A stretch of 64,000 nucleotides of DNA from Amoebophrya sp. A120 (Eukaryota > Protista > Dinoflagellata). Each line of letters starts with the position of its first letter. Within the stretch, counting starts at the first letter, position 1. This document shows, piece after piece, positions 1 through 14,600 of this stretch. The notes beneath the pieces are model-generated. The model ran no database searches. It was not told the origin of the DNA and worked only from the letters and a program-made list of their open reading frames with translations. The position numbers and the translations under genes are program-made. The stretch covers positions 7,187,612 to 7,251,611 of the forward strand of contig CAJINV010000003.1 in NCBI GenBank assembly GCA_905178155.1, in the 5' to 3' direction.

Positions 1-40
1 CCATCGGTCATTGCCTGTCGCGAAAACGTAGTACGAAGCT

Positions 41-594
41 GTGCGCGTTCCAAGCTTGCGTGTATTTGTCAACAAGTGGCTTTGTCGTTCCCTTCCGGTA
101 GCATATCAGGCTTTCTTTGACTGCGACTGCGATCCACCCGCCCAAAGATTGGAACAGTTTCTGTCTTTCTGGTCCTCGTCCTCGTGCAGGAAGTACTACA
201 ACGAAAGGAGCAGCGCTCTCGTTATAGCGACATGCACGACCCCCGCACAATCGTGTCACAACGGCCGCGTCAGCTTGCTGCGGTTCGAATTCGATGAAAA
301 AAAGATAGAAGCTACTGGAATCCTCCGAGCTACTCCATACTTAGTTTACGTGCATCTGTTCTTGGCTCTGTGTCTTTTCGGCGGATCACTTTCCTATTTG
401 CGGAGTTTATCCTACTACGTAGCAATGCTGGTCAACAACATCGAACTGGTGAAGCTCCAGCTGAAGCGGAAAGCAGGAAGCATATGTCGTTCGTTCTCCG
501 CTTTCTTTTTATTGTAGTGCTGAAGACGTTAGCCCGACGGCGTTCCTGGATGAATCGCTGCAGAAAAGATAGAACGACGAGCTGGCGGCTTTGA
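41..594 (+). CDS. 3' end of a hypothetical plus-strand gene; exon structure uncertain
   Basis: Coding-like patches (KYYNERSSALVIATC..., MLVNNIELVKLQLKRKA) separated by T-rich intron-like stretches; converges on the FAH gene. Confidence 0.3.
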
Positions 595-742
595 AATTTT
601 TCTGCTCGTTTTTTATTTCCGTTTTCTGGTCCACCGTGTTCTGACGACTGACAGGCTGGCGGAGATATAACAGGTACGTTGAACCCGTGAAAGTCGCGCT
701 GCTAAAGCGAAAGAAGTACTTACTACCAGCGCAATCTTCATC

Positions 743-3086
743 TCATCCCGAACCAGCACGAGCGGGCAACAGTTGCGACGAACACGAGCCGAATCCCACC
801 TTAGCGTCCGCGGTGGTGCCACGCAAAACGACTGCGTCTCGGTCTTTGAGAAATTTTCGCACATCACCGTTCTGGAGCGCTACTTCGTCACGGCCCGCCC
901 AGGTGAGTTCCAGAAGACACCCGCGCTCAGATTTTTCCGGACCCGATATAGTCCCTGTACCAATCAGGTCGCCTGATATGATACTACGTGAAAGCACCTT
1001 GGTGACATCGTATACGTACTTACAAGCTGTGGCTTTGCGTGTTGTTGCTTTTGCTGTGTGTTCTTGTCTTACTTCTGTCCTCTTCTACTTTATGATTCTT
1101 GTTGGCATATTGTTATTGAGATAATTCACGCTAGCTCTATGCTGATCCTGTTTTCAGAATTGCGTGGTGTGTACTCTACTTATGTTTTGTATTTCTGTCA
1201 TGCCCGCCCCCGCCCCCCTACATCCCCGATTTGTACGTATGCGCAGGTGCGTTTTAGTTTCAAAGTGCATAGGTTGCATGTTGCAGCCATTCGAGGCATG
1301 GTGTGTCAGTTGCTGCGCGAGGGACCAATACATATACTTGAGGTTCGTGCGAGTAACCACTGTTTCGCTAAGGCCTCCGTCCGTGGTTGGCACTGCAATC
1401 TCCGCCGTCAATCTGACGTCAAAGTTTCCCCGCGCGCCTTCTGGTTGTCGCAGATAGGGCAAGGGAAGAGGGTCCGTCTGCGGTGGAGTGTATCACATTA
1501 ATATAATTTTCAAGTCGTCACGACCATGCTACCATGGCGTGAATTAAAATTTCTGGAAGTCGAAGATCTTTTTTGCTATATCATGTATCTGCCGGCGCCG
1601 GTAGGAGCACGCAGCAGGAAAAGCCGAGACGGCCACAGTAGCAATTACTTTTCATTCCAAACAATCGCAAAAAGAAGTGGCCACCTGCTTCTACCCATGA
1701 ATACATCAGCAGCACATCCTTGTTGTACTTTGTACATGGGCGGCTTTGTAAAAATCTTGATGTTTGATTCAATGCGATAACGTGGGGACACGATAGGGCT
1801 CAAGCGCAGCCATGGGAACGATCCAGGGGGAAATAATGGTGCCAAAGTTTTTTGCCAGGAAGGGTCCAAGAGGCACATACTCCCACTTTTGCAGGTCCCG
1901 CGCGGACCAATCGTTGAGCAGAACCAGGCCGAAGAGTCGTTCCTCTGCTTCCTGAAGAGATAGAGTCTCGCCTAGAGCCATAGGCTTTCCGCCGATAAAC
2001 GCACCCACCTCGAGCTCATAGTCAATCAGCTTCGAGGGTGCCCATTCCGGAGGTCCGTGGGGGGGAGCGTCTTTCGGTAGAACCTGACCAGAGGGCCGGA
2101 CCACCGGCGTCCCGGATATTTTCACGGAAGAGGCCCGTCCGTGGTACCCTACCGGCAGATGCAGCCAATTCGGCAGCAGCGCATTTTCCGGATCCCGAAA
2201 CATTTTCCCTACCTGGAGTTGAGGTGAATGCAGAGGAGTAATCACAGTCATTTTTTCAAATCGCATTCCATGGATTTTCTCGACTGTATCAGCGACGTAG
2301 TTTGAGCTTTTGTCCTGGAGGCGCTGCTGACTCATCGTTGTAGCGAACTTGGCGAGTTAAGAATAGATACTTCTTCGTACAAGTGTCGTGTCAGTCTTCT
2401 AGATGCATCGCGAACCTATGGAACAACTGAATCTGAGAATCTGAAACAATTCAAACAACATAGGAATAGGGATAGGGGTGGACTACGACTAGTTCTTCAA
2501 GAAAGAAATGAAGATGAATCGATGTTAAGACCGCGTTCTTGTCCGCGGCCTGTCAACATAAAGTAGCAGGTCTGCGTTGTCTTACGTTGGTTGCGTGGTC
2601 ACGGGAGGCGTAAAAGTCAGTGTAATCACCGATCCGGCACGGCAGATGCATTTGGACACTAGTGCGGTCGATAAGCAGACCCTTGTCTGCGTGGCTCGCA
2701 AGGAATTCTTCGTCACCAAAAACTTCTTGTTGCAGCAATGCTCGGAACCCATCCCAAGCTGCCTTGCCCTCACTCATGAAGGCCTGTAAATCCTCGCTAA
2801 GCAGAGTGGCCAGCCCCGGCGGCGCTGCCCCGTCTCCGCGCGCTTGCAGAATGGTGCGCGCCAAGTACTGGCAGTCCAGCACCTTGCTGCCAATGGCAAC
2901 GCCGATTCGGGTCGGTGTGGTGCTGACGGCACGACCGCGAACATCTTCCGCGCTGGTGGTGCTGAAGACCCCGTATGGTAGATTCGCTGGCCCGAAAGCG
3001 TCGGAAGGAGCCACATCGCCAACAGAAGAAGTTCCACCTGTCGTCAGACCCACCAGCTCCTTTGCCCGTGCCGTCATTGACGCCAT
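743..3086 (-). CDS. FAH: Fumarylacetoacetase, 4 exons (about 3086-2586, 2212-1782, 1487-1272, 974-743)
   Basis: Spliced translation gives FAH motifs: [28 protein letters not shown]|[53 protein letters not shown]|[18 protein letters not shown]. Intron 1 (2213-2585) is GT-AG; introns 2 and 3 are non-canonical. Confidence 0.95.
977..1271. mobile_element. Degenerate TAT...ATA non-canonical intron (FAH intron 3)
   Basis: Interrupts the conserved QP|GD with no usable GT-AG pair. Termini are TATG...CATA; the direct repeat is not recognisable and the exact junction is ambiguous. Confidence 0.55.
1491..1779. mobile_element. Introner-like non-canonical intron (FAH intron 2)
   Basis: IR TATCACATT/AATGCGATA; flanks CACGT/CACTC on the minus strand; removing 294 nt gives [16 protein letters not shown]. 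Confidence 0.85.
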
Positions 3087-5655
3087 GGCTCGACGACCCG
3101 GAAATAAGACTTGCTCAGCCCGGAGCTGCAGCTTGAGGGCCCCGTGCTCGTTCCGACCTCCTCGTCGTTTCTCGTCTTTACTCTTGGTATTTGGGTCGAG
3201 CAAGCTGAAGCAGCTAGTGGTGTGAATACAACGCCTTCCCCTACAAGCGGTTATCGTTGTGGCTCCGCCACCTCGTCCGCGGGCCGTTGTCCGACACGGA
3301 TCAGCTCTTCGATGTGATTGGCCACCGGAGCACTGTTTGAAACGGAGCGGCGTTACGGTGGGAAGTGCTTGCACAGTGACGACCCTAAATCTATTTACCA
3401 ACATTTTGTGCCCCAGTGGGACGGGGTAAAAATAAGTTTGCAAATCTTCTGTCGTGCTCGTGTCAGTCCTGCAAGTACAAGAACTACCTCCTCATTTTCA
3501 TTTAGCAGCTGAGATGCATCGAAGTAGCAGTAGCACCAGCAGTAACTGTAACAGTCGATGGTTGGAAAACAAAAGGAACGACGCACGGAAAACGCTGTGC
3601 GAAATTTTTTGCAAACCTTTCTCTTGGGCAAAAGAAGTAGTGATCATGTGAACGTTCGTTGGAGAGCCGTGCCGCCAACACAAGGTAGAAAAAAAGAAAA
3701 CAAAAACATGGCCACTCTCTACGTACTACCAAATCCATTTCGTATCGGTCAGAAACAGAATAATTCTGTAAATAACACTCTGAATCGACTATCAATAAAT
3801 TGACCCACGAACGAATTAAACCAGAATCATGCACTCAAAAAATTAAGACATAGATACAACGAGGATCCTTCAAGAATCTTCGCCTGAAGAGGCTGCTACA
3901 TGATAAGATAACCAGAACAAGACAGCGTCGAAATTACTGCCCCTTCAAGTGCTTGCAATTGCAGCTACCTACGAGGCGTCGTTTTTTCTTTTATCATCAG
4001 GCTCGCCTTTCGCAGTTCGGTGGTATCTACGAGTGCTAGAAAAAAAAGCATATCCATATATAAATAGACTCAGATGATGAAATTCAAATGCAACATCAAC
4101 AGCATACAATTAAGTACAGAATAAAGCATCCGTGCGATGCAAGACAAGGAAGAAATATGACCCCATCACGGAAGTGCGAAAACCAAGAAATACGGCGCTT
4201 CTTCATCCCATCTTTCTGTAATGTAAGAATAGTTCGTAAATTTATTGCAAGTCAACGAAACGCACGGCATGCGCATGACCTGCGAAAACGAAATCCAACA
4301 CCGATCTATGGGATATCGATATTGCGAGCAATATTAAACCAAAGACGTCCACAAAATATTTTGTAAACGCTAATAAATTCTTTCGTCATCTCAACAGCGT
4401 GACACTTTTTTTTTCGACGAGTTTCTTGCGCTTGTAATGTTAGTGATTGCAACTAGTAGCCGCGTCCGCGGGGGTAGTGAGATCAAGGCGGATTCTTTGG
4501 CTGCCCGATCCCACTAACTTTACTTCTGCACTGCTTTCGCGCGTCCCCGATAGCGAAAGAGCTGCGCTCTTTGCCGCGAGCGTGCCATCGCGTATAACGT
4601 TACCCCACATGGTGTCGGGGACGGTAGATATCACGGCCATAAGTCGCCATCTTTCTGTTTTCAAAACCCGAAAACCTTTCCCGCGGGCCATGGCCTCCGC
4701 CAGGGTCGGCCCCTTCACCGCCCCACATCGGGCCCATAGCATGCGGATTATCTTTCTGCCTTTGGCGGCATTCGCGTTTTTCGATTTCTTTTGTTGAAGA
4801 ACAAAAGTCGATCTTTTTGGCTTGCCTCGCGCATTACAAATGCCCGACTTGGGTGGCCGGCTTTGCGGGCCTTCAAATGTGGGCCAAAATGAGGCCCATG
4901 CCATGCGGCTTCGCTTTCTTTTTCCCGCCGCAAATTTTTACGCGTCTCTTTTTGGGCGCCCCAAATCGGCGGAAATAGGTGCGCTGGGCGCCTCAGAAGG
5001 GCGTCACTTTTGGTTTTGCCGGCTCCCTTGCGTCTTTTTATAAGTCGGCAATCGATAGAATTCGCCCGAGCTTTTTTCTTTTTGACTTCGAAGCCTCGCC
5101 CGATTGATAAATTGAATTTTTTATGTCCAAAAACACTTCAGGCCGATTGAAAACTGTCGGTCGTTTTGCCTGTGGCCTGCCTGGCAAAAAAGCCGCTAGA
5201 TTAGAACGTTCGTGACCTCACTACATATGAAATTCTCGGCAGCTACTTCACCTCGGCATACTTTTATTTCCAATCAATTGCAGGGTTGTTGTACCAGGGC
5301 ACCACGACCCTCCAGCAAAGCACTCTCACTTGCTGAACTAGGGAGGAGATTGACGAGCACAACTAACTCGTAGCCATTCCAATATATTGCCAACTTTAGT
5401 AGTACGACTGGCTCTTTCATCATCAAATGAAATTCGAGGCATACCCCCTTCGTGATTCTAGTGTGTTTTTGAAGAGTGCTGTCGTGCTCTGTCATCAGCA
5501 GTTGTTTTAGCCATAAAGATCATACTTCTCTGGGCAGTATTAACAACCGGACCCGACACCGTGACTGACTCTGAGTCTGACTTTACCGTAACAGAACAGG
5601 TGCAAGTGTAGGAGCTGCGCATACTTCTACTAACTTCTATCAAACACTTCCACTT

Positions 5656-8600
5656 TCAAAGCTCCAGGTGGACCGGCTTCTTTCCGGTCCGAGTCCGCAG
5701 CGTGGCCAGGGTCCGCGGGTCAGAGGGCGTGTAACGAACCGTGACCCAGAAGTGGTGCAGCAGCAACTTCTGCCCGGGCTCTGCCCTATGCGAGTGCCAG
5801 GCTTGAAGTCGACAAAATTGAAAAGTAAAAGATTTGTAAATGCATAAAATGCAAATGGACGATACCAGTCGGACCCACAGTTTCTAGTCGGCGCATGACA
5901 TAAACAGTTTCTAGTCGGCGCATGACAGAGTTTGAACTTCCTGACATCTCGAGCAGATCATCTGTCATGCTGTTTAGTGCAAGAAAGCTTCCGTCTGTCA
6001 TGCTGGTCAGCAGCCCAACTCTTGAGGACCCTTAGCGGGACCAACATAATCTGCCTCCCTTGCGTCCTCTGCAACGGCGTCACTCTCTGCGTCGCGTCTT
6101 ATGCTGCATCACAGAGCATTTCATCTTTGTCGATTTTATCCGGACACGCCCATATGTTCCGATCTGCGCGTAAAATTCGTACCAGCACGTCCGCCGCTGC
6201 TTGCTGTCGCGGGCGTTGTTGTAGGGACTCTATGCATCGCAAAAGGCTCGCACTAGTAGAAACTGCATTACAAATAAAAATCTAAAGTTTTTGAAGTAGA
6301 GACCAAGGACGGCGGGGCGGGAGTTAGGTGGTGAGTGGCGGAGCCTCTTACTCAGTCCCTCGATAGACAGGAGCGGGCTTACATCTTTTCGCAACCTGGC
6401 ACACGACTAGGAAGGAGCAGTGCGGTCGCCTCTTAGGCCTGAAAACAAGCCAGAACCCGAAACCCGTTTATGTATTAATAGGCTTCTTGTTCTTACAAAA
6501 ATGATCTCCGTTTTTATGTTGTATTAGAATTAGTTGTTTTCTTGCAAAAATGATCTTACAGGAAACGTAAAACTTCTCATGCAGATTGGGGTAAGAAAGT
6601 GGATCTTTACTTTCACGCAGTATTGCAATTAGAAGTACGAGTGCGATACCGATAGTTTTGCAATGCATAGATTCGCGAGCGCGACGATATCGTCCCGGTC
6701 CCAGTAAAAGAGCAGGGTCTCCGTTTTCCGTTTGCGCGGGACCTGCTTGATCCATTGCTGGGCCTGGAGTGTTGCGAAGGGGGAGCAGAACAACTTGATC
6801 AGAATGCCCGCCGCGCGTTTTCCGTAGCCGTGGTCCTCCCAGTCCAGGTCCACGCGCAGCTCCAGGGGAGGGCTCTCAACCTGGAGCCACCACTTCATGG
6901 CAGGGTAGTCGTGGATGCGGTAGGGCTGCGCGGCAATCCGGGTGGGGTCCGTCACATCCTCGACGCGCGTAAAAAACAAGCGGTCGCGCTCAAACTTCGG
7001 ATGAATTTGCCGGGGCGGGGGCAGCGGTGGCGTTTGCCGCGTGCCGCAAATCAAGTTGTACCCCTGTGCACAACAAGCCGCGTCGAACTTAGCGCCATTC
7101 CAGTGCACGTGCCCACTCGTCGACGACAGGGAACATCCAGCTGGAACAAAGCACCAGCCCGTGCTCCCGGTTTGGCAATTATTAGAAGAGGAGTCTCCCA
7201 CGGCCATGGTCGTTCCCCATTTGAAATGCTCTCGCCCACCGATGCCGTTGCTATGAGGTTCACGCAGGTACGGCAAAAAGAGAGGCGCCGTCAACGCCAT
7301 CCCCAAACCCACCTCCTTGCACTCAACTTTGGTGATTCGCTCTTCTCGCTCCGCATCGCGGTAACAGCGGACGGGCTCCGCGGTCACCTTGGTTCGCGCA
7401 TGGTACAGGGAGTAATCACGGTGGAAGCGCTTCACGCACAACACCTGGAACGGCAGGCGGTGGCACCGTGGATCCAGAAACATCTCGTTGGTGGGCGCAC
7501 CGCCCGAGTGGGTGCCACCCCGGAAGTGTGGCCGCCCCGCGTCTTTTGGTCTGGTGGACATGCTGCACCCGAAGGGAACTTCTCCCCAACCGCCGGCATC
7601 GTCCCGGCAGGAGGCGGTCGGCCCCGGGCCGGCCGGGTTGGACGCGAGCGGCTGCTGGTACGCGAGATGCCCCTGCACGTCGCGCAGTCGGGCTACGCCG
7701 GAACGCAGCTCCAGCCGGAGGTAGCGGAGAAAGTGTATCGCCTCTTCGCAATGATCCACGTCCGCGATCGGCAACCCGAGCAGCTCCGGGGGACACATGG
7801 GGTACCCCGGCGTCCCCAGGTGGTAGGTGAGCCGCATTCGGTTGGCCTCCGCACGGTACTTGTGGGAGACGAAGGTAACGACACTGCTGAAACGGGTCTC
7901 GAGCCCCTGGTACTTGCCCAGGGCCTTGAACGGCTGGCACTTGTGGTGTTCGTAAAAGGACATTGCCACGCAGGCCGGGTGGTCCACGCACCACTGCAGA
8001 CAGGCGTCGTAGTCCGGGGGAAAGAAGGACACGTCCCCAGGCTGAATGGGAACATTGCCATCCCCCGCTTCCAATCGCCGCCCCACCTGCCGTTCCCCGT
8101 CGCCCGCACGCAGAATCAGCTCGGCGCGGTAGGCAATGGACCCGGAGCACGGGGCGTGTCCCGGGGTCTTGCCAATAATCCGAATCGAGCTGGCAAGCAC
8201 CGGCGTCGCGAAATAGACGACACGGGCCTCCTGCTCCGGATCGGACCGGCAGTCCATCCCGGTTTCCAAAAACGCGCCCTTATCCACCTCCCGGAAGCCG
8301 TGCAAGCACACGCCCCGGCCCATCGGATCGCTTCGCGTGCATCCTGGCACGTACGCACCCATAGCCAGATTGCTTTTCGGTAGGTACTGCACGTAGATCC
8401 GGGACACCCCTTGCGTGTGCGCCGCCCGCGGTTGCAGGACTACCCCCGCGACAAACAGGTCGCGGACATCGTTTCCAGCGGCATCCGTGGGTTGGACCTC
8501 TAGCTGGAGGACATCGTTGACGGCTTCGTTGTGATTGTTGTAATCGTAGTTGCAGAATCCCCGTTGCCACCAGTGCGCGTCGCCCGGCGCGGCGTCATAC

Positions 8601-11600
8601 AGACCGGAGCTGACAGCCCTGCAGGCGTCGTGTTCGGAAGACGCGGTGGAGCGGTCGATGCTTGGTGTGTTGGTCAGATGGTAGCCGCCCTGGTTCTGCT
8701 CCAGAAACGCGGTCAGTTGGGTTTTGCTCTGAAAACGGAGCGGGCGGGCGGGGAGCAGACGGGCTCGGCAGGCGTCGGTCATGAGCAGCGCCACCTGCGC
8801 CTCGCGCGGGACGAGGTCCCTCACCCTGGTGGAGGGCACGGCTCGCCGGGGCCGGCACAGCCCCCGCGGCGGGGAGTACGTGCAGCCGTCGATTTCCCAC
8901 CTGACACCCCCGCACTTCGGTTCCTGCGCGCACCATTGCGCGCACTCGCTCCATGGCCAGTCCCCAGGCAGAAACCCAGACCCGTCGGCGCTCACCCAGG
9001 GAATGTAGTCCGTTTCTGCAAAGTCCAACTCGACCATTTCGCTGCACTCCAGGCGCCTGGGCGTCAGTGCGTGCTTGTGAAACTGGAAGTGGTTTGCCGC
9101 ATCGGGGGTGTGCCCGCCTCCGCTCACGACACAACGCTCATACACCCAGACACCACACATCGTCAGACCCTTGTTCGGTCTTGCACTCGTGGTCGTGGGC
9201 CGCTCCAATTGGATTTGCGTCACGCGCTTCCCGATTGGAACCCAGGTGCCCGAGTTTTGCACACGAAAGGGCACCGTCGACTCGGCTGTGGACGAGCCGT
9301 TCAGTTTGATGTCAGCACCAGAGATGTGGTCGTCGTAACCCGAGTTGCTGCCACCGGTTTCCCGGCGAAAGATGACGAGGCCCGCGATATCGAGAGCGCG
9401 AGGGAACTCGAGGCGCAGCCATTCGTTCTGATTGTTGATCCCGGTATGCAAGCAGGTGTGCCCCCCGGTGGTGCCACGGGTGGTAACATCCCCGTATTCG
9501 CGCAGCAACATGTTTTGCGGTCCTGCAGAGGTTGCACTCAAGAGAGAGCTCATGGAAGGTGTGATCCATCGGGGCACCAAGAAGCGGGCAGCTTGCCGAA
9601 GGGTGGTATCTTCGTAGATCCACGCGCCACAAACAATCACGTACCACTTGTACGTGATGCGAAGAGAGAAAATGTCGCGGTCGATCGGGATCCAGGTGCC
9701 CGACTTCGATATACTGGCCGGCGTCGACAGCACTGGCACGTCCGTATTGTCGTTCAGGTAAATGCCCCTGCCATTCAGCTTGTCCGCGTGTCCGTGCGTG
9801 TCATCCCGCTTGAAGAGCACGACCCCGCGCACCCGGTGAGGCATGCGATCCTTAAACTTAAATTCCCACCACTCGTCCACCGTACCATGCGGCGACTGCA
9901 GGTTAGAATGAAAGCAGCGGTGCATGCCGTTTAAGACCGACGTTAGATCGTCCGCTGCGCGCTCCAGCGGCTGGCGCGCATGAGCAGTGGCAGAGAGAGC
10001 AGAACTGCCGTAGGCGTCTAACTCCTCGATCGGGACGCGCAGCAGCGGATGCGCGAGGGGCACCGGGCGCCGCAGCTTGTCAATCCGAAACTCAGACGGC
10101 GGCGCCACGTACAGTTGCGCACGGCATGCGTCCGTCATCACGAGGGCAACTTGTCCGATGCGAGCCGACGCCGCACGACTGCTCGCCGCCTGCCGCGGGC
10201 GGCACACCCCGCGCTTGCTAGGGTACGAGCAGCTGTTCACCTCGTAACTGACTCCGCCACAAAGCGGCTCCTGTGCGCACCACTGCGCACAGTCCGGCCA
10301 GCTCCAGTCAATCCCCGGCAACGTTTCCTGATCGGAGTTCACCCAGAGGAGGAAATCGGTGCCAGAAAAGTCCATCCCCGCTTCTTCGTATACATAAAAA
10401 AACCACGAGCATCCCCATCCATCTTTTGCATGACAAAAACTGGATTTTATGCATGTTTCGCATGACAAATTGGATGGGAACAATGGCTATTTTGTTGTTG
10501 TGGATACTTCGACGCACTGGTCTACGGGAGAAGTCCGCGCGCTGCTCAGGGTCTGGAACGTCGCGTCCGGGTCGTAGATGGAGTCATCGACGCAGGCCGT
10601 TGCGTGGGGCGGATCGGTCCACGCACGCTCGTACAGGTGCGCCCCACAAATAACTTGGATATCATAGGCACCGCCGTCGGAGTATGCATAAGTACTTCCG
10701 TATCCCGGATTGCGGGGGCTTTTGTCGAGGGGTTGCACCACGTACACGCGTTTGATAGGCTGTTTTTTTATCATCTTGCCCAGGTCCAGCGGAATCTCGG
10801 TGCCGCCCTCGGTTCCCTGACCTACGTCCCCGAGCTGAATGTAGTCCTCACCCTCCGCCATGGTTCCGCCGACCAGCAGCGCTTACAGCTCTGCCTGGAT
10901 AGCGGCATAATTAGCAACATCGTCCTCGTCGACCGTAATCGGGGGATCCACCCAAACGGTGCTTTTCCTCATCCGGTAAATCAGATCGTCGTCCCCCACC
11001 TCCCGCGCAAACAGGTGGAGAAGCGAAACGTGCCGCGGCCCCGCGGGCGTGGAGTGCGGGGCCAGGTCCGCGAAAGAGATCCGCCACCAGTTGAGCCCCG
11101 CCTCCACCTGGGTAGTAGCGGTTGCGCCGGTCCGCCAACTATGACAGCACTTGCCCGGCCAGGCCGTACTTACTTTCCCCGCTCACATAGGTCAGCGGGA
11201 GCGTCGGGAGCTGGCTTGCGTAATCGGATTGCGTGCTCGACTGAGCAGCGGTCAGGAGATTGGGTGCAATCTGGGTGTGCGCGCGGTGCCGTAGCCACCA
11301 CGCGTACGGCGTGACAGCACAGAGCGCGTTGTGGTTGTTCACCTGCCAAATGACTAGGTAATTACCGGACTCAACATGGAGAGCCGGTTTAAACTGGATT
11401 GCGACGGAGTACCCGGCGGCTCGGCCACTTGCAGTAACCGCGGACAGGGAGGCAAGCGTGTCGCCAGGGTGCAGCACCAGTTGCTGATCGGACGCCGTGC
11501 CCAGGCCGATCGCCATGGTCCCCACGTTGGCATACGAAGTATCGTCGACGGTATCAGGATCAGGATCAGGATCAGGGGCGGGCCGCACGTGCAACACGAG

Positions 11601-14600
11601 GCCGCTGAGAGCGACGCTGGCGCCAAAGTTCATCCGCCAAGAGTTGGACGCCCAGGAGGAGGAGGACCAGGAGGAGACCTCCGTGGGCTGTTCGAAATCC
11701 ACCACGAAGCCGCCCAAGCGGGACGCCTTCCCGGAGGCGGGCGGTCGCCAGATCACGAAAGAGCGGCCCTCTTTCCCGGCGCAGTCCGCCCGAATGCGCT
11801 TCCACCATTTTGGAATTTTGGTACCATCTCCGGGGTAATGTGCCGGGTGGGTGCCCGAGTTCGTGTTGTATTGGTACATGCCGCCCGGTATGGCGCCCGA
11901 GCCGCAGTTGTTTGCGCAGCTGTAGCTGAAATCGTTGCACACGTTGACATTGGTACAACCGCCACTGGGCGTGCACAAATCGTTTGTCACGCCCACTTGC
12001 AGGGGCACGCCGTTCCTTTGAAAGCTGCTGGTGCAGCTTGTGAAATCCTCGGCGCCAAAGTTCTGCGCCCAACACTCGTTGTTCATGAACATGTCGATCC
12101 GCGTGAAAGCTTTGGGCGAGGCGCCCTGGAACCACCGCTGTATGTAGGGGTGCGGGCCGGTCAAACCGTCGATGCCCTCTATTTTTGCAGTGAGCCCGGT
12201 TTTCTGTTGTTGATCCGTCTGCCCGTAGCCAGGGTTGGACACCACCCACGTGGGCGCATTGCATTGCCCTTCGTCGTTTCCAGGGAAAATACCGGGGTAA
12301 GACCCAGCCTGAAGACCGGACACAAAACCGGCAATATCTAGCGGCTGGCCCACCGGCCTTATCCCGGTCCCTAGAGGACCCGACGCGACTTCGAAGCATG
12401 AGCGTGGACGACCCCCCCTTTCACGCTCCTCTGTATCGCATGAACAGCTGATACAAGCATCAACACAAGAGAAGCCTGCGCATCAGAAGCTTTCGAGCTT
12501 TTTACGCGCTCAGTGTACGTAGTACTGCTCAGGCTTCGGAATTTGTCATGCAAATCACGCCACAGAAGGCACCGCACCAGATGGAATGGGGATCATTTTG
12601 CATGACAGATGCGGGGAACGAGGGGGGGTTGATGTGCACTCTCACACGAAGGCAATCTGTGCCACATACAACCAGAACCCACAGATCGTCCGCCGGCCCA
12701 GAATTTGGAGCTTGTAGGCCCGCTTGTTCACCTATGGAAGGGTCAGGATCGAAATCGACAAAGTTGAAATCAAACCAATACTCTGCAAGACATAAAACCC
12801 AAGGAACAAAGTGCCTGTCGTGCAGGGATGGCATCAAGTGGAGCCGATTGTAAGAAGCCTGCTCAGGGATAGAGATAGAGCCGCTAAAGTAGCACGACAG
12901 CAGCAGCCCTCTTTGCCCAAGCAGCATGACAAATTGAAATTGGAGCTGGATATTATAACGCTTCCAAAATTTGTCATGCGCCGCTTAGCAACTGGGTTCC
13001 AACTGGTATGCATTTTATGCATGACGCGTTTTTTGATTTTGTGTTCAACTTCGTCAATTTTTAGCGTGACGATTCCATATCACCGGAACCCAGGTGCCCC
13101 AGACGCCAACGTCCGTAGGGAACGTGTCGTGGTGGTTCGGGGCGGTGGCGCTATCCTGTGAAAAAGTTAAAGCATCGTAGTAATTTTTGCAGTCATGCAT
13201 TTACAAACTTTTTCTTGAGGTACATCCGCGTTACAGATTTCATTTCTCATGCTAAGAAATTTTGCTTGTCACGCGATCATTTTTAATAGTGCGATGCTTT
13301 TGTAGAGCATAGGCACCATCCAAGTACAGTTTCACATCGGCCCAATTGGAGCCAATCGTTCCATCGCGGTTGGAGATAACAAAGCCCGCGACATGCCGCT
13401 GGCGCGCGTCCGAAAATTCCACTGTCCAGCCGTCACTGCTGGAACCTCCGTACCAGCAGAATTTTGGAGTGTCGTAGATGTCTCTTGGTGTCGTGTCTCC
13501 AACGGCCCGGGTGTCGATTGGGTTGCGTCTGGAACCGGTTGGCCCTTGGCCTATATGATTATCGCCTGTCACAGAAGCAGTCAGCGACGCCGGATCGACA
13601 TAAGTGATGCCCGCGCCATACCGCGTCGCACTGAGTTCAGAACTATCTGGCAAGGACTCGTACAGCCAGAAGCCGCAAAGTTGCATAGCATAGGCGGCGA
13701 CCAGTTTTATTTTCCAGACCGACTTGTTGATCGGGACAAAAGTGCCACTTACAGATACTGAACTCGGCGCCATTATGGAAGCGTCAGGAACGAAATCGAC
13801 AAAGTTGAAAATAACAAAATCTTTTTTGTTTTTGCATGCAAGAAATTTGCATGAAAACAGGAACCTGTTAGACTTTGAGATGAAAGTTGAAAATTATAAA
13901 ACTTGTGACGCATAAAATGCTGCAGCGCAAAGAATGCTTCTATTGCAGAGGACGAAAGAGAGGTAGATTGTAGTGCTGGCAAGGGTCATTAGTTGGGCTG
14001 CTGACCACTAGCATGACAGAGGCAGGCCCTCTTGCGCTATTAAACGGCGCGACGTATTTGCTTCAGAGGCTAGGAAAATTTGTCATGCGCCTGCTAGAAG
14101 CTGTGTGCTTAAAAAACGGGTATCGATTTGATGCATTGCAAATTATTTCAACTTTGTCAACTTGGATTCTGACGCTTCCATAGTCTTCGTAGACTCCGCC
14201 GTCGGGCTGTCGTTCAAGTAAATGGAGGCGCCCTCGATCGGCCATATGCATTGCAAACATCTCTGGGTCTGGAAGAGTTCCTCAAACTTTTGATGCTCAT
14301 CCTCGAGCAGACAAAAAATCTGTAATTGTATGAGTTATGATTGCCAAATATATCATGCTGCCAAATCAATACTTGCTTGCTACACAGATAGCAAAATTCT
14401 CATGCGGGGTAGGCACTGAAAAGCCTTCGCAAAGCTTGTAGTAATGCTGCGCATGCATTGCAGGCAATCTATCTGTTACAGAAGATGCATGACAAACAAG
14501 CGCACCTCTCCAGACCCAGACTACATATTTGCATTTGATAGGATACCCGTGGTTGTCAGTGTTGTCCCGCTTGAACACGGTAAACCCAGTGACTATGGGA

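Noticed and set aside
4440-5640. Homopolymer-rich stretch (about 4660-5200) and adjacent short ORFs
   Set aside because: Looks like low-quality consensus over a possible hypothetical gene; no reliable frame or family.
6755-12341. Long plus-strand ORFs (542, 467, 321 aa)
   Set aside because: Antisense shadows of the GC-rich minus-strand coding exons, with no recognisable motifs.
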